In this document: positions 1 to 14,500 of the stretch, in pieces
Layout: every line of letters starts with the position of its first letter
How positions within the stretch are numbered: the first letter of the stretch is position 1
Assembly (NCBI RefSeq): GCF_902652985.1
Contig: NC_047022.1
Location: 35,650,001 to 35,714,000 of the forward strand
DNA: 64,000 nucleotides
Direction of reading: 5' to 3'
Source of the DNA: Pecten maximus
Taxonomy: Eukaryota
Notes under the pieces: model-generated
Databases searched by the model: none
What the model was told of the DNA's origin: nothing
Seen by the model: the letters and a program-made list of their open reading frames with translations, nothing else
Position numbers and translations under genes: made by a program

Positions 1-770
1 CCTATTCTCCCCACACTTTTTATCATCACGTCCCATCCTATTCTCCCCACACTTTTTATCAACACGACCCATCTTTTTCTCCCCACCATTTTTATCAACA
101 CGACCCATCCTATTCTCCCCACACTTTGTATAAACACGACCCATCCTATTCTCCCCACACTTTTTATCAACACGTCCCATGCATCCTATTCTCCCACCCT
201 TTTTTATCAACATGACCCATCCTATTCTCCCCACACTTTTTATCAACACGTCCCATGCATCCTATTCTCCCCACCATTTTTATCAACACGACCCATCCTA
301 TTCTCCCCACACTTTTTATCAACACGTCCCATGCATCCTATTCTCCCACCCTTTTTTATCAACACGACCCATCCTATTCTCCCCACACTTTTTATCATCA
401 CGACCCATCCTATTCTCCCCACACTTTTTATCAACACGTCCCATGCATCCTATTCTCCCACCCTTTTTTATCAACATGACCCATCCTATTCTCCCCACAC
501 TTTTTATCAACACGTCCCATGCATCCTATTCTCCCCACCATTTTTATCAACACGACCCATCCTATTCTCCCCACCATTTTTATCAACACGTCCCATGCAT
601 CCTATTCTACCCACCATTTTTATCAACACGACCCATCCTATTCTCCCCACCATTTTTATCAACACGTCCCATGCATCCTATTCTCCCACCCTTTTTTATC
701 AACATGACCCATCCTATTCTCCCATCACGTCCCTACCTTTTCTCCCCACCCTTTTTATCAACCCGCCTTA
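1..770. repeat. Minisatellite, alternating 36/40-bp units (CCATCCTATTCTCCCCACACTTTTTATCAACACGAC)
   Basis: Unit repeats directly from the window start. The 40-bp variant carries GTCCCATGCAT. It produces the repetitive ORFs at 179-819. Confidence 0.95.
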
Positions 771-857
771 CATGTCAAGCCATTCAGTACACACTTTAGC
801 TGAAGGTCCGTCAAGATAGGTAAGGTTTAACAAGTTCACGAAACCATTGGTCCGCAT

Positions 858-1046
858 AGACTTACAGGCCCCAAGTAGACTAACAGGCCCCAAGTAGACT
901 AACAGGCCCCAAGTAGACTAACAGGCCCCAGGTAGACTAACAGGCCCCAGGTAGACTAACAGGCCCCAGGTAGACTTACAGGCCCCAGGTAGACTTACAG
1001 GCCCCAAGTAGACTAACAGGCCCCAAGTAGACTAACAGGCCCCAGG
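858..1046. repeat. 19-bp tandem repeat (TAGACTAACAGGCCCCAAG), about 10 copies
   Basis: Seen directly. Confidence 0.95.
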
Positions 1047-1940
1047 TCTTACAGTTCGGACACTGTCTGTACCACAATACATGGCTTTCCAATAAATTCG
1101 CTTTTATTATCCTAATCATTTTTAATGTTAGACATGTATTAAAATCCCTTTCGCTGGTGTGGGCCTCTGGCTAGCCTTTTTTGTAGACATTTGTCTATAC
1201 AATAATTAACGTTTCCCATTATTTTCTAACCTCTCACTTTTTCTATGGTCTGTTTTTTTCTTTAATCATCAGTTTGTGTCTTCAGTGATTTACTTTGTAT
1301 ACTTAGTTCTGGTTGAGGTGATTTAAACTCATCTGGGAGTTTAGTCCAAGTGAGATTTAATTGCCATGGGACAAGGTATGTTGTCTGTCCGTCATCAATA
1401 TCTTTAGACAATTACGTCTTCTAAAAACCTACGAAACACATTTCAACTTCATTTTGCAAGGGCCATGTATAAGGGAAGGGAAATAGAGCCTCTATCATAT
1501 GACTACATTTACATAATACACGACCAAGACATGGGGCGATACACACTATCATAACTGGCCTATAGTAGGACTTATCTCTGTCAGATTTCTTACCCAATTA
1601 CAATAAAATAAAACTATTCTACTAGATTTGGTCCTTCGGTCTGTGCTACCCTTACACTTTTGACCTACCCATCCCATAAGTGTATATATTTAGTAAGCAT
1701 AAAGAAGATTATAGTATTATGCCAATATTAAATGTAGGCTATGAAATGAGTGATACAGGCCTATTGGGCCTATTGTTTTGTATCAAGGGGCTAATTATTA
1801 CTGTAATTGATTCTAATTGCTCAAATCTTACATTTTCATCATACATTCATATCCCCCAATGCAATAATGTACAAGTCGTGTCATGTCATATATTAGTAGA
1901 TAGTTTTTATCATTACGGCGACATGGAAGCCGTTGCTATT

Positions 1941-2288
1941 TATGGCGCGGGAAGGATGTCATAATTAAATATTTTTGCCTAGGCAAAATTATTTCTGCCT
2001 AGGCAAAAATCGAATATTGCTTAGGCAAACATATTTCTGCCTAGGCAATATTCGATTTTTGCCTAGGCAAAATTATTTCTGCCTAGGCAAAAATAATTTT
2101 GTTTCGATTATTGCCTAGGCAAAAATCGAATTTTGCCTAAGCAGAAATCGAATTTTGCCTAGGCAATAATCGAATTTTGCCTAAGCAGAAATCGAATTTT
2201 GCCTAGGCAATATTTTATTTTTGCCTAGGCAAAATTCGAATTTTGCCTAGGCAAAAATATTTAATTATGACATCCTTCCCGCGCCATA
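1941..2288. mobile_element. Palindromic non-autonomous DNA element (TATGG...CCATA termini) with internal GCCTAGGC repeats
   Basis: Long perfect TIR TATGGCGCGGGAAGGATGTCATAATTAAATATTTTTGCCTAGGCAAAA. A 6-bp direct repeat GCTATT flanks both sides (1935-1940, 2289-2294). Confidence 0.85.
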
Positions 2289-2376
2289 GCTATTAGCAGC
2301 TATTAGAACAGGAATTTCGCGTCATATATTGGTAGAAAGATTATATCATCAAGATGTAAACAACATAGAGTTTTGT

Positions 2377-2520
2377 GATTACGTAATGTTAATTCCGGAC
2401 CCATTTCGGTTCGGTTACTGTAGTGGTGACGTCATGAAAACCCTTACATCAGTGTCGTACAGAGGACGCGCCACTAATACCGAGGAACGTTCGGATATAT
2501 ACATGTACATGTATATATGT
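2377..2520 (+). promoter_or_regulatory. Putative proximal promoter of the sulfotransferase
   Basis: Palindromic TTACGTAA (2379-2386), canonical CRE TGACGTCA (2427-2434) and TATATA (~2496, ~2511), all within 190 bp upstream of the ATG at 2564. Function is inferred. Confidence 0.35.
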
Positions 2521-2563
2521 GTTCCGGTAACGAACATACCCAGATTATCTATAAGAGTTCATC

Positions 2564-5500
2564 ATGTGTGAGTGGGTGGAGGAATCGGACTCGGAGGGAA
2601 ATATATTGAAAACCAAAAAATATGAAGGAAAACTGTACACGAGTATAATACCGGGGAACGTCAAGGACCACTTGGAGAGGCTAGAAAACATGGAGGTTCG
2701 GGACGATGATACATTCGTTATGTCCTACCCAAAGTCAGGTACAGCTACATACAAATGTACACCTAGAGATTTGTCATACTACAGACCTAGATTATTTTAA
2801 CATTTTCTTAATGTATTCAGAATTTTACTCCATGATAAAGAACATTTCAAATTTTTAGTTAAAATCGTGCTTTTCAAGCTATATTCTGTTTGAGTAAACG
2901 TCATACTCCAACAATGTAAGAGGTTTTACACGGCGAGATACTTTTGACAGGCGCAGTCGGCAAAATCATATCGGATAGAAAAAGAGCCCACCAGCGGCCT
3001 CTTATGTTATAGGAGTAGTCTATATAGATACCCTCCTAGTATGCACTGACGAGTTAAACCAGAGCGGTTAAACTGATAAATATTCTCACACACCTACATC
3101 ACAGACGTCTATATATACCACAAGTCTGGTTACACGTAACATACAATGTCTGAGGTAACGATGTAATGTGTAGATAGACCGTGTTATTTTGCCATATTTT
3201 TTTGAAAAAAATACTTTATATTTTTGTTAATTTCACGTTTGCTACGATGAAAGACAATGCTGTTACAATGTGTGTAATGGATGGCCATGACACGACAACA
3301 GGGCTGCTACGTGTCCGTCGTTAATTTCACGTTTGCTACGATGAAAGACGATGCTGTTACAATGTGTGTAATGGATGGCCATGACACGACAACAGGGCTG
3401 CTACGTGTCCGTCGTATGAGTGCTCTGACATGTTATATGTAATAAACAGCGCATTACGTATCCGGATAACCATGCAAGTGTATCACTAGCACTCGATCTG
3501 TAAGATCTAACTGGAATTTATTAATTTCATTAGTATCAAAAAAGTTAACTGTTCGTTACAAATGTGTGTTGCACTATTTTAAAAAAATACATGAGATTTA
3601 AACATATTTTCGTACGTGCTGTAAATAATTCATTTACAGACATTTTCAATGTCACACATGGGCGGACACCTACAACACAACATTTTTCTTTTTGAAGCGC
3701 AGTTTACCAGGGATTTAAACCGAGTAGGGTAGAAATGCATCGTCGAGAAAAGTAGTGAAAATTTATTCAAAATGCAGTTAAAGAATCCACATACATATAC
3801 ATGTCGGAGCAATTTGTTAGGATGGAATTTGAGTAGCCATTTTGCTGACCATTGTTCAAGTTTATTTAAATTGTTTTGCAAAGTGTCTTTATCATTGCTA
3901 TACCTAATTTCTGGGTATAACTTTGTATCGTCCGCAAAAAGGGGAGATTTAGATTTTGGGATTTCGGGTAAATCATTTATATATACTACAAACACAGGTG
4001 CAATCAGTGATTGCGAAAGCTCACCGGTGGCAGCAATCACACTATGCATTCATTTTTTATGTATGTACATTTATAAGCGTGTCATTTTGAAATTGTATGT
4101 CACATAATATCGCTCCTAGACCTCTAATGGATCTATAAACCAAATAAGAAGGGTGCAGACTTACAAACGTACGGTAACATTTTCTAATTGGTCTGAAATT
4201 AAGGCCGGGATTCCCCAAGGTTCGATAGTGGGCCCCTTTTTGTTTCTCTTATTATCCCCTCGCGACGAAAAGTCGGGGAGGGGATATAGCGTTCCGTTCG
4301 TACGTAAGTGCGTAAGTACGTAAGTACGTACGTACGTATGTTCCCTTTTTTTTCAGTGCTCTTGCAACTTCATTTCTGAACGGATTCTGACCAAACTTCA
4401 TATATGGGTCCAGCATAGGAATACCTCGAACGAGTTCGTGTTTCAGGGTGCCAAGGTCAAGGTCAAGGTCACCGTTACTATTTATAGAAAATCTTTGTCA
4501 GCACTCTTGCAACTTCATTTCTGAACGGATCCTGACCAAACTTCATATATGGGTCCAGCATGGGAATACCTCGAACGAGTTCGTGTTTCCGGGTGCCAAG
4601 GTCAAGGTCAGCGTTACTATTTATAGAAAATCTTTGTCAGCGCTCTTGCGACTTCATTTTTGAAAGGATCTTGACCAAACTTCATATATGGGTCCAGCAA
4701 GGGAATACCTCGAACGGGTTCAGTTCAGTGCAAATGACAACTGATGTTACTTATTTCAATGTCCTGCAATAACCCCACCCCCCATTTTGCGTCAGAGTTC
4801 ATGTGTTAGCACGCGAGGGGATTTGTATCGTTTGCGATGCCTTGCTTATAAATGACATTGTGAAAGACATACGAGCTAATATAAAATTATTTGCAGTTGT
4901 CTCCTCTTTGTATGTCATTATTGACTCGCCTACATGTAGGATTGGTGCTGTCGATTTAAATTTCGACCTTCGTAAAATTCATGAATAGTCAGCGAATTGG
5001 TTGCTTAACTTTAAATCCTACTAAAACGGAAACCCTATTACTATTTAAAATGACTCATTCCCCAATTCGTCCTCCTCTATACATGAATAATATTTTGCTT
5101 ACTGAGGTAAATTCACATAGGCATCTCGGTTTGATATTACATATTATATATGTACATGTCATATCAACTTGATCATGATATGCATGTAAAATTTATACGA
5201 CATTGATCGACATTGATTGACAATTTGACCTTTGACCTTTGGTGACCCATATAATGACCTTTGGTATAACTCATGACTCTTATAATATACTCATACATAT
5301 AACACGTACACGATATTGATCGACGTTAGTTGATAATTTGACCTTTCAACTTTGGTAACCGATATGATGACTTTGGTATATCTTCAAACTGTAATATGAT
5401 ATGCATATAAAATGTATACGATATTGATCAACATTGATAAACAATTTGACCTGGTACCTTTGAGTGACCCATATAATGACCTTTGGTATAACTTATCAGT

Positions 5501-8500
5501 ACGATAAGATATTCATGGAACAATTACACAATATTGATCGACATTGATTAACAATTTGACCTGGTACCTTTGGTTACTCATGTAATGACCTTTGGTATAA
5601 GTTATGCCTAATGTAAGTTATTCATATATGTTACATGTACACGATACTGATTGACGATGTGACCTGGGACATTTGGTAACCCATATAATAACCTTTGGTA
5701 TATCTTCAAACTGTAATATGACATGCATATAAAATGTATACGATATTGGTCGATATTGACTTTTGACCTTGGTTGGCCCATATATGACCTTTCGTATCAA
5801 TTTTAACAATAATAAGATATTCATGTATATGATATTGATCGACATGGATAAACAAGTTGTCCTATTAAGTGTTCGATTATTTATTCAAAAACCGAGATCC
5901 ACTGTAACATTTGAATATGGAACCGGTGTCATTTGTGTGTCTCCTTGAAAAGGTGACATATAGGTATTACTATATCAGCGGCGGCGTCCGCACAATGGTT
6001 TCCGTCCAATAACTTGAGTTCCCTTTGGCCAATCAAACTCAAACTTCATACAGTGCTTCCTTACTAAAAGTGCTTGTTTGGGATTGCTTTTCAGGTTCAA
6101 AGGTCAAAGGTCAAGGTCACCGTTTCTATTAATAAAAAATTGGTTTCCATGCAATAACTAGAGTTCCTTTGAGCCAATCAAACTCAAACTTCACACAGTG
6201 CTTCCTTACCAAAAGTGCTTCCTTAGGATTACTTTTCAGGTTCAAAGATCAAAGATCCTTGCTTCTATAAATAGAAAATAGAAAATAGGTTTGCTTGCGA
6301 TAACTTAAGATCCCTTGGGCCAATAAAACTCAAACTTGATGCATTGCTTTCTTATAAGAAGTGATTGCTTGGGATTGCTTTCGATATTCAAAGGTCAAAG
6401 GTCAAGGTCACTGTTGCTATTAATATAAATTTGGTTTCCATTTGATAACTCGAGTTCCCTTGGACCAATTAAACTCAAACTTGTGTAGTACTTCCTTATC
6501 AAAAGTGCTTGCTTGGGATTGCTTTTCAGGCTTTGGATAGCTTTTCAGGTTCGAAAGTCACGGTCACTGTAAATAAATAGAAAATCTGTCCAGTTCTCTT
6601 TGGGTCAATCAACCTAAAACTTACATTGTAATATAGTGCTTTCTGCTTTTGTATGAAAAACACTTAAATTTTGCATGAAACTTGTTTTGATTTGCAAAGC
6701 AGATCAATTTGATTTTTAAAATTCAAATCCTAGCTTGCTGTGCAGGTGTCATTTTGATTATTTGATACATAAATGGTTCAACACGTTATGTGGTCTATTT
6801 TCTACGTTTCAAATATCACACCCGGTCATTAAGAGTATCTATGCTATTGATTATCATATGTTTAATGTAAATGTTCAACGATGAACATGACCCACGTTAT
6901 CCTTCTTTTGTTGGATTAGATACAATGAATTTTAAATACTAGCTAAATGACGATGTCTTCAGTGACACGTTTGACTGATTACATACCTTGCAGGGGTATG
7001 AAAACATACTGTCGTTTCACTTATAGTTTGTATAGTGAATTGATTACGTTTTGTATTCTTGGCTGGTGTACAGGTGTGTATATATGTATTTTTTCTGTCG
7101 TTACAAACAGATCGTATGCAGGCATGCTCCATAGCGGACAACTTTTAATTAACTAAATGAAACTAGGTAAAACCACATATCTGTGTTTATACAGTTTATT
7201 CATCTCTTTACAACCAGGACATTAGTTGGAAATGATAATACTGTTTTGTAAAATTATTTGCGATATATGCTGCAACTGATATCAAAGTAAATGATTTGTC
7301 CTTTTAAACACAATTTAACCAATCATATCCATATACATAATGAAAATCTCATAAAATTAACGTTATCAATCAGTCCCGCCATTTATACAAAATTGAATCC
7401 TGTTCACCCAATTTTGAACAATATCCCGACATTCCAGACCCCAGGTGGGTCGGATCAACGGCTTATACAAACTGAGTTTCCCTTCATCCACGGACACTTC
7501 CAACCAATATCCTGTTCCTCCTTAAGAAGAAGACGGATTTTAAAGAATTTACTACACTTCCCCTGTGTGGTCTTAGTCCTCTGGCCCCCGGTTCAGTCTC
7601 ATCGTTTTTACGAAAGTAAATTCTCTTCACCCAATGATGCTTCAGACTAAAATTTGACAATGTCATGTAATTTCTACAGAAGCAGAAGTCTTTTTAAAGA
7701 ATTTACTAAATTTATCCTATTGGACCCCGCACCTCCAACCCCTGGGAGGCCTGAATCGCTGTTTATAAAAATTGGCCTCCCTTCATCCAAGGATGGTTAT
7801 GACCAAATATGGAACAAATAATTTCATTCCCACAGAAGAAATAGATTTTAAAGACATCGCTATATTTTCGCTATTGGCCCGTCCCTCAGGTCCCTGAGAA
7901 GCCAGACCTATCATTTATACGAAATTGGTTTCCCTTCATCCAGGGATGTTTCTGACCAAATATATGCGACAAATAATTTCATTACTTTAGGCGAAGTAGG
8001 ATTTTAACGAAATTGTTTTGTTTTCCCAATTGGGCCTGTTTATTCAAATTGATTCCTATTTGTCCTATTTGGTCCCGTCTATCAGGCGCATTTACCACAT
8101 ATTTATACAATGTATACTGTATAATATAACTGTAGTTACCCATGATGCCACTGCTGACGCAATATCTCATGGTCTAAATCTAAGATATTGCCCATTATAT
8201 ATTTCTTATGGTTTTTGGTGATTGGACTAAAAAGATGAGAAATGGTTTTAAATCAAAAGGAGTACATGAAAGTGGTATAAGACTCGGACAAGGTGTGAAC
8301 GTTAAATTACCCCCTCTGTTCCAATAGTGTGGGGACTGATAATCCATATGCCGTCAAGAACAATATGATAATGATTGAATACCGTAAACCCCCACTTACT
8401 CCAATTCGTGCAGAACTGATCGAGGTTTGAGGAATACATGGTGTTCAAGTAATTCGCGGTTGATTAAATACGTATGACTCTGTCGGAACCAAAGGAAATG

Positions 8501-11500
8501 TTCGACGAATGAAGGTATTCGAGTAAACCGGGTTCTTGACGGCATATAGATTTTAAAAAAAAACCCATAGAAAATGGACCCACAACGTGTTAACCCATTT
8601 ACATATCAAATGTTCAAAATAACACTGCTTTCGTATTTAACGTTCAATTGGGTTCCCAAGTTATGATCATCGAAAAGAAAATATCATCAACCTTTACCAA
8701 TTACATTAAAAATTAACCCGGTTCCATATTCAACGTTGAAAATGGACCCCTCAACATATTGACCCATGTCCATATTATTAGTTAAAAATGACACCGGTTC
8801 CATATTCAATGTTGAAAATGGACTTCGCAACATGTAGTGACCCATTTCGATATTATTTGTTAAAAATGACACCGGTTCCATATTCAACGTTGGAAATGGA
8901 CCCCACGACATACTGACCCATTTCCATATTATGTGTTTAAAATGACCCCGGTTCCAATTTCAACGTTGAAAATGGACCCATAACATATTGACCAATTTTC
9001 AAATTTTCAAAATGATACAAGTTCCATATTCAAACGTTACAGTGAATCTCGCTTTATGAATAATCTATGTCGATCAATATCGTATACATGTTTTATGAAT
9101 TGCTTATAAAGTTAAAATTTATACAAAATATCATTATATGTATCACCAAAGGTCAAAGGTCAATGTTGATCAATATCGTATACATTAGAATATGCATATC
9201 ATGTTACAGTTTGAATATTTACCTAGTCATTTCGTGGGTCACCAAAGTTCACAGGTCAGATTTTTCATAAATACTGACCAATGTCGTATATATGTCATAT
9301 GCATATCTTATATAGTTACACCAAAGGTCATAATTTTGGTCATCAAAGGTCATAGGTCAAATTGTTTATCAATGTCGATCAATATCGTTTTCATGCTATG
9401 TGAATATCTTATAACATTGATAAGTTATACCAAAGTTTATTAAATGGGTCACCAAAGGTCAAAGGTTAAATTGTTTATCAATGTTGATCAATATGGTATA
9501 CATTTCATATGCATATCATATTACAGTTTGAATATTTACCAAAGGTCATTACGTGGGACACCAAGGGTCACAGGTCAAATTCTTAATTAATGTGGACCAA
9601 TGTCGTATAAATTTCATATGCATATCTTATAATGGTGATAAGTTATACGAAAGGTCATTATCTGGGTAACCAAAGATCAAATATTAAATTGTTTATTAAT
9701 GTCGATCAATATCGTGTACATGTCATATGGATACCTAATAATAGTGATAATTTTTACCAAAGGTCATTATATGGGTCATCAAAGGTCAAAAGGTACATTT
9801 TGTACGCCTATTTTAAAACAGTGTAAAGTTATACGAAAGGCCATGAACTGGTTCAATAAAGGTCACGGGTCAGATTATCAATCAATGTCTATAAATCGTA
9901 TACATGTATAGGGGCATCTTATTTAAAGTGATGCTAATGGTCATTATCTGGGTCACCAGATGTCACGAGTTAAAGTGTTAATATAAATGTACATGTACAT
10001 AAGTATTATATACATTATATATACACTTCTCATAACAGCCTAATGTTATTTCAAAGGTCACCTAAGGTCACAGGCCATTTCATTCTACCAATGTCCTTCA
10101 ATATCGTTTATACATTGTATCATGTAAGCATATCTTATCGCAACGTCTATGACAATGTAAACTGGTACCGAGATCCAATACTTTTATGTGGTTCACTATT
10201 CAACGGGGTCCATTTTCAGCGGGTATGTAAAGAACATTAAATATTTGGTTCCGTTTTCATGGCATCCCGGTTCCATTTTCAACGTTACACCGCCGTTCCG
10301 CCATTTTGTGTTGACTGAAAACCCGCCCGTTGCATTGTGGGACTTATTTATATAGAAACATGGTCCGTCGGACCCAGTTATTAGTCCCCTACCGGTGAAA
10401 CCGGGGGGACTAGGTTTTACCTGCGTCCGTCCGCCCGTCCGCCCGTCCGCCCGGTTAAAGTTTTGGTTAAAGTTTTATAATGGCCCACCATTCACTTAAT
10501 AATGGTATACGGATGGTGATTCTTCGCATAGAGGCTGTTTGGATGTGTGGCATTACTTTTGTACAGTTAAAAATGAAAAAAAAAAAATCTTTTTTTTTGG
10601 AAATGTTTGCCATATTATGGACTGCTCTCTGTATTCTTGAGGTTAAAGTTTTGTAATGGTTCTCCATTCACTTAATAATGGTATTAAGATGCTGCTTTTT
10701 AATGATAAGTATTAATGAATCAATATACATGTATACATGTAACCTACTGGCATCTCCATTGGATTGCAGGAACAGTGCAATTCCATGTAACATTTTATCT
10801 TACTGATGAAAGATTGATTGATTAGAGTTTAACAGCCTATCATCAGCGAGGTCATTTAAGTCCACCCTTGAACAGAAGATGGTATTCCATGTGGATAACC
10901 CAATAGAGTTGAATTTACACATTGTTTGGAATGAACTTATTTTCATAAAATGATCATGTTTCAGTTTTGGCTAAACTTTTTTACTCAAATTTGGCTAAAG
11001 ATTTAACTTGAGGGCGCCGGTAGGGGACATGTATTTATACGTACTCAATGATACCATTACATCACTAGTTATACGTAATCAATGGTACCATTACATCATA
11101 TAGTTATACGTACTCCTCCATGATAGCATTACATCATATAGTTATACGTACTCAATGATATCATTACATCACTAGTTATACGTAATCAATGGTACCATTA
11201 CATCATATAGTTATACGTAATCAATGGTACCATTACATCATATTGTTATACGTACTCAATGATACCATTACATCACTAGTTATACGTACTCCTCCATGTT
11301 ATCATTACATCATATTGTTATACGTACTCCTCCATGTTATCATTACATCATATTGTTATACGTACTCAATGATACCATTACATCACTAGTTATACGTAAT
11401 CAATGATACCATTACATCACTAGTTATACGTAATCAATGGTACCATTACATCATATTGTTATACGTACTCAATGATACCATTACATCATATAGTTATACG

Positions 11501-14500
11501 TACTCAATGATACCATTACATCACTAGTTATACGTACTCAATGATATCATTACATCATATAGTTATACGTACTCAATGATACCATTACATCACTAGTTAT
11601 ACGTACTCAATGATACCATTACATCATATTGTTATACGTACTCCTCCATGTTATCATTACATCATATTGTTATACGTACTCAATGATACCATTACATCAC
11701 TAGTTATACGTACTCAATGATACCATTACATCACTAGTTATACGTAATCAATGATACCATTACATCACTAGTTATACGTACTCAATGATACCATTACATC
11801 ATATAGTTATACGTACTCAATGATACCATTACATCACTAGTTATACGTACTCAATGATATCATTACATCATATTGTTATACGTACTCAATGATACCATTA
11901 CATCACTAGTTATACGTACTCCTCCATGTTATCATTACATCATATTGTTATACGTACTCAATGATACCATTACATCACTAGTTATACGTACTCCTCCATG
12001 TTATCATTACATCATATACTAGTAGTCATAGGTACATATGGAGGTTTTATATTATTTTCAGGAACACATTGGGTGTTTACGATTGCCAGTATGCTCCGTA
12101 CCGGAAAGTCTTCTTATATCGGTTCCCCACATTTCTTGGACTACAACGATGTTGATACCCTGGACAAGTTACCATCGCCGAGGCTTTTAGCCTCTCATAT
12201 GACCTTTGACCGACTTCCTCGTCAGGCCAGAGAAGGAAAGGGGAAAATATTGGTTGTAACCAGGAATCCCAAAGATGTTGCCGTTTCCCTTTATATCTTT
12301 TTCACGAAATTAAACGCGCCGGATTTCTCGGGATCATGGGAAGGATTTCTAAGATTTTATAATCAGGGAAAAAGTAAGTACTAAACATTGACTTGATTGT
12401 GCGGTGGCTTACCGTGCTCCAGTTTCCGAAGTGATGAATTATAAAAATATCCTCGGAAGCGTGAAAAAGTGCTATAACACAAAAACAGTAATATATGATA
12501 TACATGTATGTAAGTATGTTTTTCAATTAAAACACACTGATTTAATGTTAGAGCCTAGTTCGAACTTGATACTATCGTAGATCTGTCTATCACGCGTACG
12601 ACTTTTTAAACACCACTTAATTTATACATACATATACAACCGAAGTGGTTTAGGAATAATTAATCTTGCCAGCAACAAATAATCAATAGTTACTAAATCG
12701 TTAGTCTGAATTATAGAATCTGTTGTCTTCAGTGTTATATGGGTCCTGGTTCGAAACGCTGTTTGACTGGGAAAAGGTCAAGGCCACGCATAAAGGAGAC
12801 AATACCATGTATTTGGTGTACGAAGACATGAAACAGGTATGTTCTTTTCTTCGATAAAAATGATTAGGTAAATGTTTGATTTGATATCACTGAGATAAAC
12901 ATAGTATATAATGCATGTAATAAATAATGGTATACTTGCTTTTCACATAATTGACCTGTTATGCAATGAATTTGTCCATGTGATAATTTTTTTATTATGT
13001 CACTAGTTTAATACACCATGGAGCGATTTCATCGGTTGCGCCAGGTCAAAAGTCGATTAGGACGTCGTAAATATCACCGCTCGCTTTTGCTACCTTAGGT
13101 CGAAAACGCGACGGCGAGGGGGCGAAATCGCGAAAACTCGACGGCAAGAGTGCGCACTCTCGCCGTCGCGTTTTCGCATTCTCGCGTTTTCAACCTCAAG
13201 TCGAAAAGCGAGATTCGGCCTATACGGCCGCCCTTGCACTCTCGCGTAAGAAAGCCTGCTTATTTACAGAACGTTATATATATATACGCGAGGGAGCGTG
13301 AGTGCGAGGACGGTCGTTATAAGACCTTATCTCGCGATTTCGCTCACTCGCCTACGCGTTTTCTCATTCTCGCGTTTTCGACCTAATGTCGAAAACGCGA
13401 GAACTAGAGATAAGGTCTTAACGGTGGTCCTTGCAATCTCACTCCCTCGCGTATATATATATCTAACGTTATGTTTATCCCTATATATGTTCCTCCAGAA
13501 AAAACTGACTTCCTTACGCGACTTGAGGTTTTCGCATTCTTCCCATCAAGTTTTCGCATTATAGTGTTTTCGCTCTTTCTCATTCTCGCATTTTCGCTCC
13601 TTCCCCTTCGCGAGATTTAATTTGTGGCCCTTGAGAGCCACCATATAATCATGACGATAACGTTACACATTGTAAAGAATAAAAAGCTTACAACCCCTCT
13701 TAAAATGTATGTTTTCTTAAAACATTAAAACCTTGTATATACATTATACAATGTACATGACATTGTCTTCTATAGATAAGAGGCTAACAATGAAGAGTGT
13801 CTGCAGCTTCTGGTGAAGCCATATTGGACAGACATCTTCAATTGGGATACATTCTCATGTTTTATCTTAATAGATTCCAAGATGATTCACATTGATACTG
13901 TTGTTGTTTGATCTATCTGATGCTTTTCCAGGATCTCTATGACAATGTCATTAAGATGGCGTCGTTCCTGGGTGTGACGTATGACAAACCATTCTTGGAG
14001 GAAGTCACGGACAGGTGTACATTTAAAACAATGGTGAAAACAATTATTGACGAAATCAAACCACAAGACCAGGATTTTATACATAAAGTATCAGACGAAA
14101 AGAAATTACCAATCTACAGGAAAGGTAATACTCTACGAGGGCTGATTGATAAGTTGTTTGCCTCATGTTGAAGGATATGAATTTTGTCAGACAAATTGTA
14201 TTATTTTTCAACATAAACCCCTTCAGTATCTATACACTTCTGCCAGCGGTGTTTAAGGGCATCAATGCCACTTTTATAGAACTCCTTTTCTTGGCTGTTC
14301 AGAACGTCATCCACTGCATGTTAGGGTTAGGGTGCTGAAATAGTTGTTTTTAGTTTTGGAAATAGATGAAAGTCTGATCGAGCGAGATCAGGTGAATAAG
14401 GCAGATACTCAATCAATTTAAAGCCACAATCGTGAATGGCAACCATGGCAATGACAGAATCTTTCACCCGAACCCTAACCCTAACCGATTTTATCCATTT

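Noticed and set aside
179-819. His/Pro-rich ORFs up to 206 aa
   Set aside because: Translations of a 36/40-bp minisatellite, open in several frames.
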